DNA of 64,000 bases. Origin: Candidatus Sericytochromatia bacterium. Its GTDB lineage: Bacteria > Cyanobacteriota > Sericytochromatia > S15B-MN24 > JAQBPE01. Each line of letters opens with the position of its first letter. Positions within the stretch are counted from its first letter, which is position 1. The stretch covers positions 16,429-80,428 of the forward strand of contig JAYKJB010000120.1 in NCBI GenBank assembly GCA_035285325.1. The letters are read 5' to 3'. The notes below the pieces were generated by a model. It was given only the letters and a program-made list of their open reading frames with translations, made no database searches and had not been told where the DNA came from. The position numbers and the translations under genes were made by a program. Positions 27,575 to 36,231 of the stretch are shown here, piece after piece.

Positions 27575-28279
27575 TTACAAGGTCTTTTCCGCTCCAGCTT
27601 GCTGCTGAGCGGCCATCTGACGCTTGAGGGCTTCCAACTCACTGCGTGCCACGGAGGTGGTCGTCGCGGCCTTGATCTGGCGCAATTTGTGATCGACCCC
27701 GGCCCCCTGGACCTCGCTGGCCACGTCCGCCTGAGCCTCCAGTTTGTGGATGCTCTCCCGGACCGCAGCCAGGGCACGAGTTTCTGCGGCCGTGCTGAGA
27801 CCGGATAGCTGTTCTTGAATCTTGAGACGCGCCCGGGCGTGCTCTCGCTTGGCGAGCATGCGATCGCGCTCGGCCTTGAGCTTCTCGATCTCGCCCTGAA
27901 AGCTGACCAGGCCCGCTTTGGCCTCGTCGGCCTGCTGCGTGACCTCCTTGAGTTCCCGTTCGGTTTCGGCCAGTTCCGCGGTGAGCTGATTCTTCCGTTC
28001 GATCAGGAGCAAAGCGGCTTCTTCCTCCCCCTGCTGCACGGCCACGGGGATCTGGGCCGTCACCTCTTCCAGCGCCTTGCGCTGGGCCTGCAGGTCTCGG
28101 GAGAGCTTGTTGCGCAGCGTGACGATGCTCGCCACCGCGCCCAGTAACTTTTGATGCTGGGTCACCCGTTCATTGATGGCTTGCTGATAAACGATCTCCG
28201 GGTTGTCCTTTTCCAGGTCCTCGACCCAAACGGAAAAGAACCCTTTGAACACGTTCAGGAAGCGAGCGAAGAAACCCAT
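27575..28279 (-). CDS. pspA: PspA/IM30 (ESCRT-III-like) family protein
   Basis: Amphipathic MGFFARFLNVFKG N-terminus, EKDNPE, long coiled coil, G.EEAA...IERK, C-terminal ELEALK. Confidence 0.9.
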   Translation of the reverse strand: MGFFARFLNVFKGFFSVWVEDLEKDNPEIVYQQAINERVTQHQKLLGAVASIVTLRNKLSRDLQAQRKALEEVTAQIPVAVQQGEEEAALLLIERKNQLTAELAETERELKEVTQQADEAKAGLVSFQGEIEKLKAERDRMLAKREHARARLKIQEQLSGLSTAAETRALAAVRESIHKLEAQADVASEVQGAGVDHKLRQIKAATTTSVARSELEALKRQMAAQQQAGAEKTL

Positions 28280-28461
28280 GCCGTCGTTCCTTTCCGAGGT
28301 TGGTGCCGGGGCGCCCGGCGATCGTCCCCAGGCCCCGCAGGGCGCCCAGGCGATGGAGCGTGCCGCTCCAAGCTGCTCCCAACATACCCTCTGACAGTGC
28401 TTTAATGATCGGGCCACCGGGCGGCCTTGGCCCTGTCCATTTTTCCGGGGAGTTCCCGCGC

Positions 28462-29313
28462 GTGACCTTCCAGCCTGAGCCTGGCACCTTGTATCTCGTC
28501 GGCACGCCGATCGGCAACCGGGGAGACCTCTCGCCGCGCGCCAAAGCCGTCCTTGAGGGCGTGAACGTGATCGCGGCCGAGGATACCCGGGAAACCCTCA
28601 ACTTGTTGCGGGCCGAGGGGATCGACACCCCACTGGTCAGCCACCACGCGCACAACGAGGCCGCCTCCGCGGCGCGCCTGGTGGGGCGGCTGCAGCAGGG
28701 GGAGGCGATCGCCCTGGTGTCGGATGCCGGCATGCCGGCCATCTCGGACCCCGGGGAACGACTGGTGCGCGAGGTGGCGGAGGCCGGCCTGCCGATGACG
28801 GCGGTGCCGGGCCCGACCGCCTTCGTGACGGCCCTGGCACTGTCGGGCCTGCCCACGGCCCGGTTCGTGTTCGAGGGTTTCCTGCCCCGCGAAGCCAAGC
28901 TGCGCCGGCGGCGGCTGCGGGCCTTGCAGGGGGAGACCCGCACGATGATCTTCTACGAGGCCCCCCACCGCCTGCTCGACACGTTGCAGGACATGGCCGG
29001 CTTGTTCGGTCCAACGCGCCCCGCCGCGGCCGCCCGAGAACTCACGAAACGCTTCGAAGAGGTTCGACGCGGCTCCATCGGCGAGTTGGAAAGCCACTTT
29101 GCGACGTCGGCACCACGCGGCGAATTCGTTCTGGTGGTCGGTGGCGGCGAGCCGGCGGCCGCCGAGGCAGCCTCTGCCGCCGATTGGGAAGCGGCCCTGT
29201 CAGCCCTGCTGGCGGAAGGAGTGAGGCCCAGCGAGGCGGCCCGCCAGATCGCGCAAAGCCACGGCGTGGCGAAAAAGGTCGCATACGACGCGGCGCAGCG
29301 CCTGCGGACCTGA
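28462..29313 (+). CDS. rsmI: 16S rRNA (cytidine1402-2'-O)-methyltransferase
   Basis: LYLVGTPIGN..D.S.RA, AAEDTR, LVSDAGMPAISDPG, FYEAPHRL, RELTK.FEE. Confidence 0.97.
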   Translation: MTFQPEPGTLYLVGTPIGNRGDLSPRAKAVLEGVNVIAAEDTRETLNLLRAEGIDTPLVSHHAHNEAASAARLVGRLQQGEAIALVSDAGMPAISDPGERLVREVAEAGLPMTAVPGPTAFVTALALSGLPTARFVFEGFLPREAKLRRRRLRALQGETRTMIFYEAPHRLLDTLQDMAGLFGPTRPAAAARELTKRFEEVRRGSIGELESHFATSAPRGEFVLVVGGGEPAAAEAASAADWEAALSALLAEGVRPSEAARQIAQSHGVAKKVAYDAAQRLRT

Positions 29314-29414
29314 GCCAGACCTGACGCGCGCGGGGGAGGCCGCGGCCATCCGGGATTTTCCCGCTGTCCCCTCGGGGAAGGGCGGCCTGGGCCGCTGGCT
29401 CAGCGCGGCGTCGG

Positions 29415-31073
29415 CTACAACTTGAGGTCCTGCCCGGGGGCCAGCACGTGCAGCTTGAGGTCCCGCGCACTGGCCAGGGCGGGATTGGCCAGGCTGACGC
29501 GCCCCGTCTCCACCACCACCGCGGGGGTCTCGCCCCAGACGCGCAACTGTCCGCTTTCGATGCGAACCCCATTGTTGGACGACAGGCCGACCCCCAGCGC
29601 GCCACCGGCCAGCATGGCATCCACCACCAGGCGGTCCAGCGAACCGGGCGCCCACACGTCCGCCGAGGTGATCACCCCGGGAACGATACGCAAGCCCGAG
29701 GAAAGGTCTTGCAAGCCGGTGCCCCCCCGCGTAGCCGGTTCTCCCACCGTGCCGACGGCGCCGCCCGCCGCCACCACTTGCAAGCTGGTCGCCGCCTGTC
29801 GCAACAACTGGCCTGGTTCCCCCATGAGGGCGTTGGCCAGGGACCCATCGGCATCGTCCAGCAGCACGACCCCGCCGGCGATGCCCAGATATTGCCGCAA
29901 GATCGGGCTGCGCACCTGCGCGGCTGACAACACGCGCAGGGTGGTGCGTCCCTCCGCAGCCAGGCTGCGCTGCCAGGCCTGGGCTTGCGGCATCGCCAGA
30001 TGCCCGGCCAGGATCAGCAGTTCGTCAGGGAGCGGCCAGAACGGCCCTCGAAAGGAGCTACCGAGTCCGGCAAACCAGGCGGGGGGCGGCAGGGCATCAC
30101 CGCCCTGGAGCCAGAGCGAGGTGGCACCCAGGGGTTCTCGGCCCCGGCTTGGCAGCATGGGCGCCCGCTCCTGGTTCTCCCGGCGCCAGCGGAAGGTCTC
30201 GCCCGCGGAGAGCGTGTGGAGGTCCACGTCACGGATCGAGACCGGCCCGCGCGCAGGGGTGGTCACCCGGGCCTTGGCCACATCCAGCACCGTCACCCGC
30301 CCACTGCCGAGAACCCGCACCCCCTCGGCGGTGAAAACGGCGGCCGTGCCTTCATCCACGCCCACGCCCAGCATGCGCGGGGTCTGGGCTGCAGCCAGCA
30401 GCAGGCGTCCCAGGCGCCCTTCTCGCCCGAAATGCGTGTCGATGATCGCGTTGGGCAAAACGGCCAGACCATCCCGCACCTCCAGGCTGCCAGGCCCGAT
30501 CCCCCGCTGCAAGGCGGGCACGCTGGCCCCTGAGGTGATGTAACTGGGACCCCAGACCATGGCCCCCGCGCTGGTTCCGGCCAGCACCACGCCACGTTGC
30601 CAGGCCGCCAGCAGCGCCCCGTGGGCCGGTGTGCCGGTGATGGTTTGGACCAGGCGGATCTGGTTGCCGCCCGTGGCGTAGATCAGATCCGCCTGGGCGA
30701 TCGCCTCGATGACGGTGGGCTCATAGGCCTGCTCGCGGGAGAGCAAGGGCAGCACCGAGACCTGAGACACCCCGAGGCTTTGCTGAAAGAACCGCGTGTA
30801 GACCGTTCCGCTCTGGGTCGGATTGCCGGAGGCGGTGTTCACGATCAACACCTTGCTCGCCCGGCCTCGGGCCAGTTCAATCACGTCTTGCATCAGTTCG
30901 ACGTTCTCGGAACCGCCCCCCACGGCCACCAAGGTGCCGCCCTGCGCCTCGGCGTCGGCACGGAGCCCCAGCAAGGTCCCCAGCAGCACGCAGGCGAGCG
31001 CGACAGGCAACAATCGCTTGACCGGGAGGCCCCGGTTCGGTCGTGACGGGTTCAAGGCGCTTCCAACTTCCAT
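29415..31073 (-). CDS. Secreted cyanophycinase-like S51 peptidase with an inactive second S51 domain
   Basis: Signal peptide; TGGNQ, GTSAG (Ser), DTHF (His) and GVDE (Glu) triad in domain 1; the C-terminal repeat lacks all three residues. Confidence 0.85.
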   Translation of the reverse strand: MEVGSALNPSRPNRGLPVKRLLPVALACVLLGTLLGLRADAEAQGGTLVAVGGGSENVELMQDVIELARGRASKVLIVNTASGNPTQSGTVYTRFFQQSLGVSQVSVLPLLSREQAYEPTVIEAIAQADLIYATGGNQIRLVQTITGTPAHGALLAAWQRGVVLAGTSAGAMVWGPSYITSGASVPALQRGIGPGSLEVRDGLAVLPNAIIDTHFGREGRLGRLLLAAAQTPRMLGVGVDEGTAAVFTAEGVRVLGSGRVTVLDVAKARVTTPARGPVSIRDVDLHTLSAGETFRWRRENQERAPMLPSRGREPLGATSLWLQGGDALPPPAWFAGLGSSFRGPFWPLPDELLILAGHLAMPQAQAWQRSLAAEGRTTLRVLSAAQVRSPILRQYLGIAGGVVLLDDADGSLANALMGEPGQLLRQAATSLQVVAAGGAVGTVGEPATRGGTGLQDLSSGLRIVPGVITSADVWAPGSLDRLVVDAMLAGGALGVGLSSNNGVRIESGQLRVWGETPAVVVETGRVSLANPALASARDLKLHVLAPGQDLKL

Positions 31074-32722
31074 TCCCAGACGTTCCACAAGTTGCCGCGG
31101 ATCGTCGGGTTGGGACGAAATCCGCGCAGCCGCGTGCTGGTCGCATCCGTGCCCGACCAATATAACAGGGGGATCACCGGAAGATCGAGGCGCAGGTGAC
31201 GCGCCACTTCACGATAGATCGCGGCCCGCTCGCGCTGTCGCAGGGTACGTAGGCCGGCGTCGAGCAGGGCGTCCACGCGGGCGTTGCGATATCGCGCCCG
31301 ATTTTGCCCCAGCGGGGGAATCTGGTCCGAGCGCCAACGAAAACTCGTGTCGGGGTCCGGACGGGACATGGAGGCCAGCAAGGCCAGATCGAAGGTGCCG
31401 TCGACCAGGCGCCCGTGAGGCGAGCCCAGCAGCACGGAGGGCGGCCATTTCTCCAGCGTGAGTTCGATCCCGGCTGCCTGCCACTGCTTTCGCCAGATCT
31501 GCGCCGCCAGGGAGCGGGCCGGCTTGTCGGCCGTGGTCAGCAAGGTGAGGCTGAGACGGGCCGCGCCGCGCCGCCGGATCCCGTCCGGGCCCACGCGCCA
31601 ACCCGCGGCGTCGAGGAGCGCGGCAGCGGCCCGTGGGTCGTGGGGATAGGCGTTCACCGCCTGCGGGTCGAAAGCCCAGTGAGACGGGGGCAACTCGCTC
31701 CAGGCGGGCTGCATCAAGCCCCCGTAGGCCCGGGCATTCAGCTGCTGACGGTCGATCAGGTGGGCGATCGCCTGACGCACCCGTCGGTCTGCCAGGACCG
31801 GCCGTGACAGGTTGAAGACCAGATGCTCCCAGGAGCCTGAATGGCTGACGTGCACGCGTTCTGCGGCCTCCCGTTGCAAGGCGTCGAAGGCCGTCGGGGG
31901 AGCCCCCTGCAGCAGGTCCACTTCCCCCGTGCGCCACAGTTGATAGGACGTGGCCTCCTGCGGGATGAATCGCAGATCCAGGCGCGCCACCGCCGGCTTG
32001 CCGCGGAAATAATCGGGGTTGGCCTCGGCCAGGATGCGATCCCCGGTGCGCCAACCCGCGAAGCGGTAGGGGCCGGTGCCGATCGGCTCCCGATTCCAGC
32101 GCTGCCGCGCCAGGTCGCGCGACGCCGAGGCCAGCTGATGAGCGGGCAACACGAATGGAAACAGTTCGGCGTAAGGCGCGTAGGGGCGTCGGAACTCCAG
32201 CCGCACCGTATGAGCATCAAGGGGCACCACCTGCTGAATCTGCTCGAATCCGGCGCGCGAAATGGCCGGAAAGTCCGGGTTCATCAGCAGGCGCCAGGTG
32301 GCCTGGACATCGCGCGAGGTGAAGGGCTTGCCGTCGTGCCAGCGCACCCCGCGCCGCAGCCGGTAGGTCACGTGCATGCCGGCCCCGACGGGGCGAACCC
32401 CGCCATTCTCCAGCGTGGGCACTTGCTCGGCCAGATCGGGCAACCAGTGCCCCTGCGGGTCGAGCAGCAGCAAGCCACTATGAAAGGCCGCCGCGGTGGT
32501 GCCCACCACCGCCATTGGCGAGAGGTAGGGATTGAGCGTCTCCGGCTCCTGAGCGAACACCACGACGGCCGTGTCGCGAGATGGCGCCTGCGAGGCTCCC
32601 CCCCGCGCGCAACCCGGCGCAAGCATCAGCACGGCCAGTCCCAGGCCAAGCGCAGGTCTTGCTGCCGTCTTCCAGCGCGCCAGGCCCGGCAGCGCCCCGC
32701 CATGTCGCCTCAAACGCGTCAC
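31052..32722 (-). CDS. Peptide ABC transporter substrate-binding lipoprotein (family 5)
   Basis: QEPETLNP, LRRGVRWHDGKPFTS.DV, PIGTGPY, D.RVRQAIA..IDR; GTGA overlap with the upstream gene. Confidence 0.95.
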   Translation of the reverse strand: MTRLRRHGGALPGLARWKTAARPALGLGLAVLMLAPGCARGGASQAPSRDTAVVVFAQEPETLNPYLSPMAVVGTTAAAFHSGLLLLDPQGHWLPDLAEQVPTLENGGVRPVGAGMHVTYRLRRGVRWHDGKPFTSRDVQATWRLLMNPDFPAISRAGFEQIQQVVPLDAHTVRLEFRRPYAPYAELFPFVLPAHQLASASRDLARQRWNREPIGTGPYRFAGWRTGDRILAEANPDYFRGKPAVARLDLRFIPQEATSYQLWRTGEVDLLQGAPPTAFDALQREAAERVHVSHSGSWEHLVFNLSRPVLADRRVRQAIAHLIDRQQLNARAYGGLMQPAWSELPPSHWAFDPQAVNAYPHDPRAAAALLDAAGWRVGPDGIRRRGAARLSLTLLTTADKPARSLAAQIWRKQWQAAGIELTLEKWPPSVLLGSPHGRLVDGTFDLALLASMSRPDPDTSFRWRSDQIPPLGQNRARYRNARVDALLDAGLRTLRQRERAAIYREVARHLRLDLPVIPLLYWSGTDATSTRLRGFRPNPTIRGNLWNVWEWKLEAP

Positions 32723-33720
32723 GGCTGGTCTGCCTCCAACCAGGTGGGCGCGGCCCAGTCCTCCCCGGGTTCCGCCAATCCGTCAGGCTCAGCTTGGCCG
32801 GGCGCGCGGCGGAAGGCCTGTTCGAGGTCATCTCGGACGGCGACCAGACTCACCTCCAGTTGATCGAGGATGAACAGCGCCCCACCGACATCGAGGTCCA
32901 GCAAGGCCAGCAACAGATGCCCCGTCCCCACCTGAGCGAGGCCCGCGGCCCGGGCGATCGCCCAGGCGTTCTCGCAAACCTCCTCGCTCCAGCGCGAGAG
33001 TTTCAAGCGCCCGGGCATCGTCCCGCTTCCCCGACCAATCGCCTGATAGGCCACGGCCTCCACCTCCAGGGGGTCGACCCCGTGGGCCTCCAGCAGTTTG
33101 GCGGCAAGCCCGCTGCGCACGTACAGCAGGCCCGTGAACAGCTGCTCCGTGCCCACGATCGTGTGCCCATAAAAACGCGCGGCGGCATAGGCGTAACTGA
33201 GCACGGACTGGGCCGCCGGCGTCAGCAGTCGCCGGGCAAAGCGCCTGGGGCGCAGCGGCAGCTCCTCCGCGTGTTCTGCCGCTTGTTCCGCTTCGCTCTG
33301 CGCCGCCAGGGCCTGAAACGCCTCCAGCAAGGGCTCACGCTCGAGGCCCAGCTGGGCCAGCAGGCGCTGCGCCACCGTATCCGGCTCTTCCAGCAAGGCC
33401 TTGAAGAGGTCCTGGCTCTCGACCAGACGAAGTGCGGGTTGATTGAGTCGTGCCAGCACCCGCAGGGTTCCAGGCGCGAAGACCAGCTCTTCCTGACGTG
33501 CCAGGCTGTAGCCACGCCCGCTCAGATGCTCCACGGCCAGCCGGAGCTTTTTTGCGTGCAACCCCTGGCGCTGCAACAGACGATTGGCCAGGCCGCGCTG
33601 CTCATGCAGCAAGCCCAGCAACAGATGGTCCGTGTCGACCTGGTGGAAGGCCAGGCGCAAGGCCTCTTCACGGGCCGCGTTCAGGGCCTGGATCGCGCCA
33701 GCAGAGAATTTTTCTAACAG
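32719..33720 (-). CDS. Stand-alone tandem Clp N-terminal (Clp_N repeat) domain protein, no ATPase
   Basis: VDTDHLLLGLL, VGTEQLFTGLL and VGTGHLLLALL repeats. Frame stays open to CTG 33720, 6 nt after GGAGG, giving (M)LEKFS like the ClpC MFERFT start. Confidence 0.85.
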   Translation of the reverse strand: MLEKFSAGAIQALNAAREEALRLAFHQVDTDHLLLGLLHEQRGLANRLLQRQGLHAKKLRLAVEHLSGRGYSLARQEELVFAPGTLRVLARLNQPALRLVESQDLFKALLEEPDTVAQRLLAQLGLEREPLLEAFQALAAQSEAEQAAEHAEELPLRPRRFARRLLTPAAQSVLSYAYAAARFYGHTIVGTEQLFTGLLYVRSGLAAKLLEAHGVDPLEVEAVAYQAIGRGSGTMPGRLKLSRWSEEVCENAWAIARAAGLAQVGTGHLLLALLDLDVGGALFILDQLEVSLVAVRDDLEQAFRRAPGQAEPDGLAEPGEDWAAPTWLEADQP

Positions 33721-33751
33721 GAGAAACCTCCCTCGTCACGCCCGGGTGCCG

Positions 33752-35209
33752 TCAATCGGCGACAGCCTGGCGCACGGGCAAGGCCAGATAGACGGTGGTG
33801 CCCTGTCCTTCGGTCGATTCTACGTGAATCTCGCCCCGGTGCGCATCCACGGCCTGTTTCACGATCGTGAGGCCCAATCCGCTGCCGCCCTGAAGGCGAG
33901 AGCGGTTGCGGGTGACCCGGAAGAAGCGGTCAAAAATATGCGGCAGATCTTTGGCGGGGATCCCGATGCCGGTGTCGGCGATGGCCAGATGGACGCGTTC
34001 CGATTCTCCCCAGGCCCGCAGCGTCACCGTTCCCCCGGAGGGGGTGAACTTGACCGCATTGGCCACCAGATTGACCAGCACCTGGCGGAGCCGTGAGGCG
34101 TCCCCCTCCAGGTCCAGCGACGTCTCGGGCAGGTCGGTGCGCAGCGCCACCTCGCGCTGCTTGGCCTGCGGAGCCACCGTCTCGACGGCCTCGGCGATCA
34201 CCGTGGCGATCGCCAGCGGGGCGATCTGCAGGGTGTCACGGCCCGACTCCAGGGCCGCCAGGTCGAGCAGATCGTTCACCAAGGTGTGCATCCGCTCCAT
34301 CTCCCGCAAGGCATCGGCCAGGAACTCGTCCGCCACGGCAGGATCGTCCTTGGCTCCCTCGACGAGATTCTCCAGCAGCAGCTTGACCGACGTCACCGGG
34401 GTGCGCAGTTCGTGCGAGGCGTTGGCGATGAAATCCTGCCGCAACCGATCTTGTTCCACCTCCCGCGTGATGTCCTGATAGCTGACCAGAAAGCCGGCGC
34501 ACCGGCCCCGGTCATCCTGAAGCGGTGCCCCGTAGCGACGCAGGAACTGGCGGGGACGCTCGAGCTGGATGATGTCGGTGCGGGGCCGGTCGGGATGATG
34601 ACGCATCTCGTCTTCGATCAGGGCCAGCTGATCCGGCACGAAGCAGCGCGTGTGAAAGGCGGTGCGATAGCCGCTCAGTCCGGTGCCCTCACTGGTTTCA
34701 GCCGTGGCCATCGAGCGCAGCGCGAGGTTCGCCAGCAGCGGCTCGAAGTCGCGGTCCAGCAGCAGCACCCCTTCACTCAAGCCGTCCAGCACCAGGCCGA
34801 GCGCAGCGGGCAGGGGACGCAACTCCCCGTGTTCGACCGTGCCCCCACGGGGCTCGGAAAGTGCCGGCCCCGAGGCCTGCCCAGCGTCCGCCGGGCCGCG
34901 TGCCGCCAGACGCGCCAAGAGCGCCTCGTGGACCCGCCGCCAGGCCGCCCCATCCGGCCCAGGCAAGGGCCCCAGAGGCACGGGTACCCCCTGCGAGAGG
35001 CGTTGGAGGGCCTGCAGGAGCTGGTCCAGGGGATGCAGCAGCAGACCGACGACCAGGGCCGACAGCAACCAGGCGACGCCGGCCACCACCATCAGCGAGA
35101 GCGGCTCCGGCCAATCCCAGCGAATCGCCAGAAGCCAGAAGACCGCGCCCGCCAGGCCCACCAGCAGGAAGTGGAAAAACATCAGGCGAGCGTACAGGGA
35201 GCGAACCAT
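33752..35209 (-). CDS. PhoR/SphS-like sensor histidine kinase (TM, HAMP-like, PAS-like, HisKA, HATPase)
   Basis: FIANASHELRTPVT, NLVANAVKF, DTGIGI, GSGLGL. Confidence 0.93.
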   Translation of the reverse strand: MVRSLYARLMFFHFLLVGLAGAVFWLLAIRWDWPEPLSLMVVAGVAWLLSALVVGLLLHPLDQLLQALQRLSQGVPVPLGPLPGPDGAAWRRVHEALLARLAARGPADAGQASGPALSEPRGGTVEHGELRPLPAALGLVLDGLSEGVLLLDRDFEPLLANLALRSMATAETSEGTGLSGYRTAFHTRCFVPDQLALIEDEMRHHPDRPRTDIIQLERPRQFLRRYGAPLQDDRGRCAGFLVSYQDITREVEQDRLRQDFIANASHELRTPVTSVKLLLENLVEGAKDDPAVADEFLADALREMERMHTLVNDLLDLAALESGRDTLQIAPLAIATVIAEAVETVAPQAKQREVALRTDLPETSLDLEGDASRLRQVLVNLVANAVKFTPSGGTVTLRAWGESERVHLAIADTGIGIPAKDLPHIFDRFFRVTRNRSRLQGGSGLGLTIVKQAVDAHRGEIHVESTEGQGTTVYLALPVRQAVAD

Positions 35210-35239
35210 GGAAATGTGGTCTCGGGCGCGCGCGGGGGT

Positions 35240-35959
35240 TCAGGTCACCTCGGCCGGGCGCGTGCGACGCTCGAAGCGATAGCCCACGCCACGAACCGTC
35301 TGGATGCGCATGGGGTGGTTGGGATCCTTTTCAATTTTTTCGCGCAGCCAGTGGATGTGAACATCGACGGTGCGGCCTTCTCCGGTGAAGTCGTAGCCCC
35401 ACACCTGTTCGATCAGATACTCGCGGCTCAGCACCTTGTTCGCGTTCAGGGCCAGCAGTTTCAACAACTCGTATTCTTTCAGCGTGAGGTTGAGCACCCG
35501 GCCTCCCAGCGTCACCTCGTGCCGGGTCAGGTCGATGATCAGGTCTCCAATTTCGATCTTGTCGGGCTGGGCCTGCTTCTGTTCCCCGTATCGCGTCACC
35601 AGGCGCAGCAGCGCCTTCACGCGGGCCAACAATTCGCGCAAGCTGAACGGCTTGGTCACATACTCGTCCGCCCCAATCTCGAGGCCGACCACCTTGTCGA
35701 TTTCCTCGCCCTTGGCCGTGAGCATGATGACGGGAATCGGCATCTCCTGGCGCAACTGCCGGCAGACCTCGTAGCCATCCAGATGGGGCAGCATCACGTC
35801 CAACACCATCAGGTTCGGCTTCTCCCGCCGGGCCACCTCGAGCGCCTGCTGGCCGTCCTGGGCCGTGACCACCACGTAGCCCTCTTTTTCGAGACTGTAC
35901 TGGATGCTTTTGACGATGGAGGGTTCGTCATCCACGACCAGGATCTTGGCAGCCGGCAT
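35240..35959 (-). CDS. OmpR-family response regulator (PhoB/SphR-like)
   Basis: Receiver domain plus winged helix; RTVDVHIHWLREKIEKDP resembles the SphR-type HIRWLREK. Start trimmed to MPAAKI. Confidence 0.95.
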   Translation of the reverse strand: MPAAKILVVDDEPSIVKSIQYSLEKEGYVVVTAQDGQQALEVARREKPNLMVLDVMLPHLDGYEVCRQLRQEMPIPVIMLTAKGEEIDKVVGLEIGADEYVTKPFSLRELLARVKALLRLVTRYGEQKQAQPDKIEIGDLIIDLTRHEVTLGGRVLNLTLKEYELLKLLALNANKVLSREYLIEQVWGYDFTGEGRTVDVHIHWLREKIEKDPNHPMRIQTVRGVGYRFERRTRPAEVT

Positions 35960-36108
35960 ACGCCTCGCGCTCCTTGAGTTCTGCCGCCGGGGCGTGGTCA
36001 CGCTGCGACGGGCTTCGTTTACGGACGAGAAATTGACCCTTGTCAGTTCCTTGATCCAATTTTCAAAAACTTAATCGCGTTATACCCATCCGCCGGAGAG
36101 GTAGCAGG

Positions 36109-36138
36109 CCTTCACGAAGATTTACCCAAAATTACCCT
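36109..36138 (+). promoter_or_regulatory. Imperfect direct repeats between the divergent regulator and Omp85-like gene
   Basis: CTTCACGA, ATTTACCC and ATTACCCT units spaced 10-11 bp. Confidence 0.35.
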
Positions 36139-36231
36139 TGAAAGCCTGTCACAGCGCTCATTTCCGCCGCCCCAAAGGGGAACGATCGGGAGGACCATCC
36201 GAGTCCCCCTCGCGCTTGCCCCGGAGGCCGC

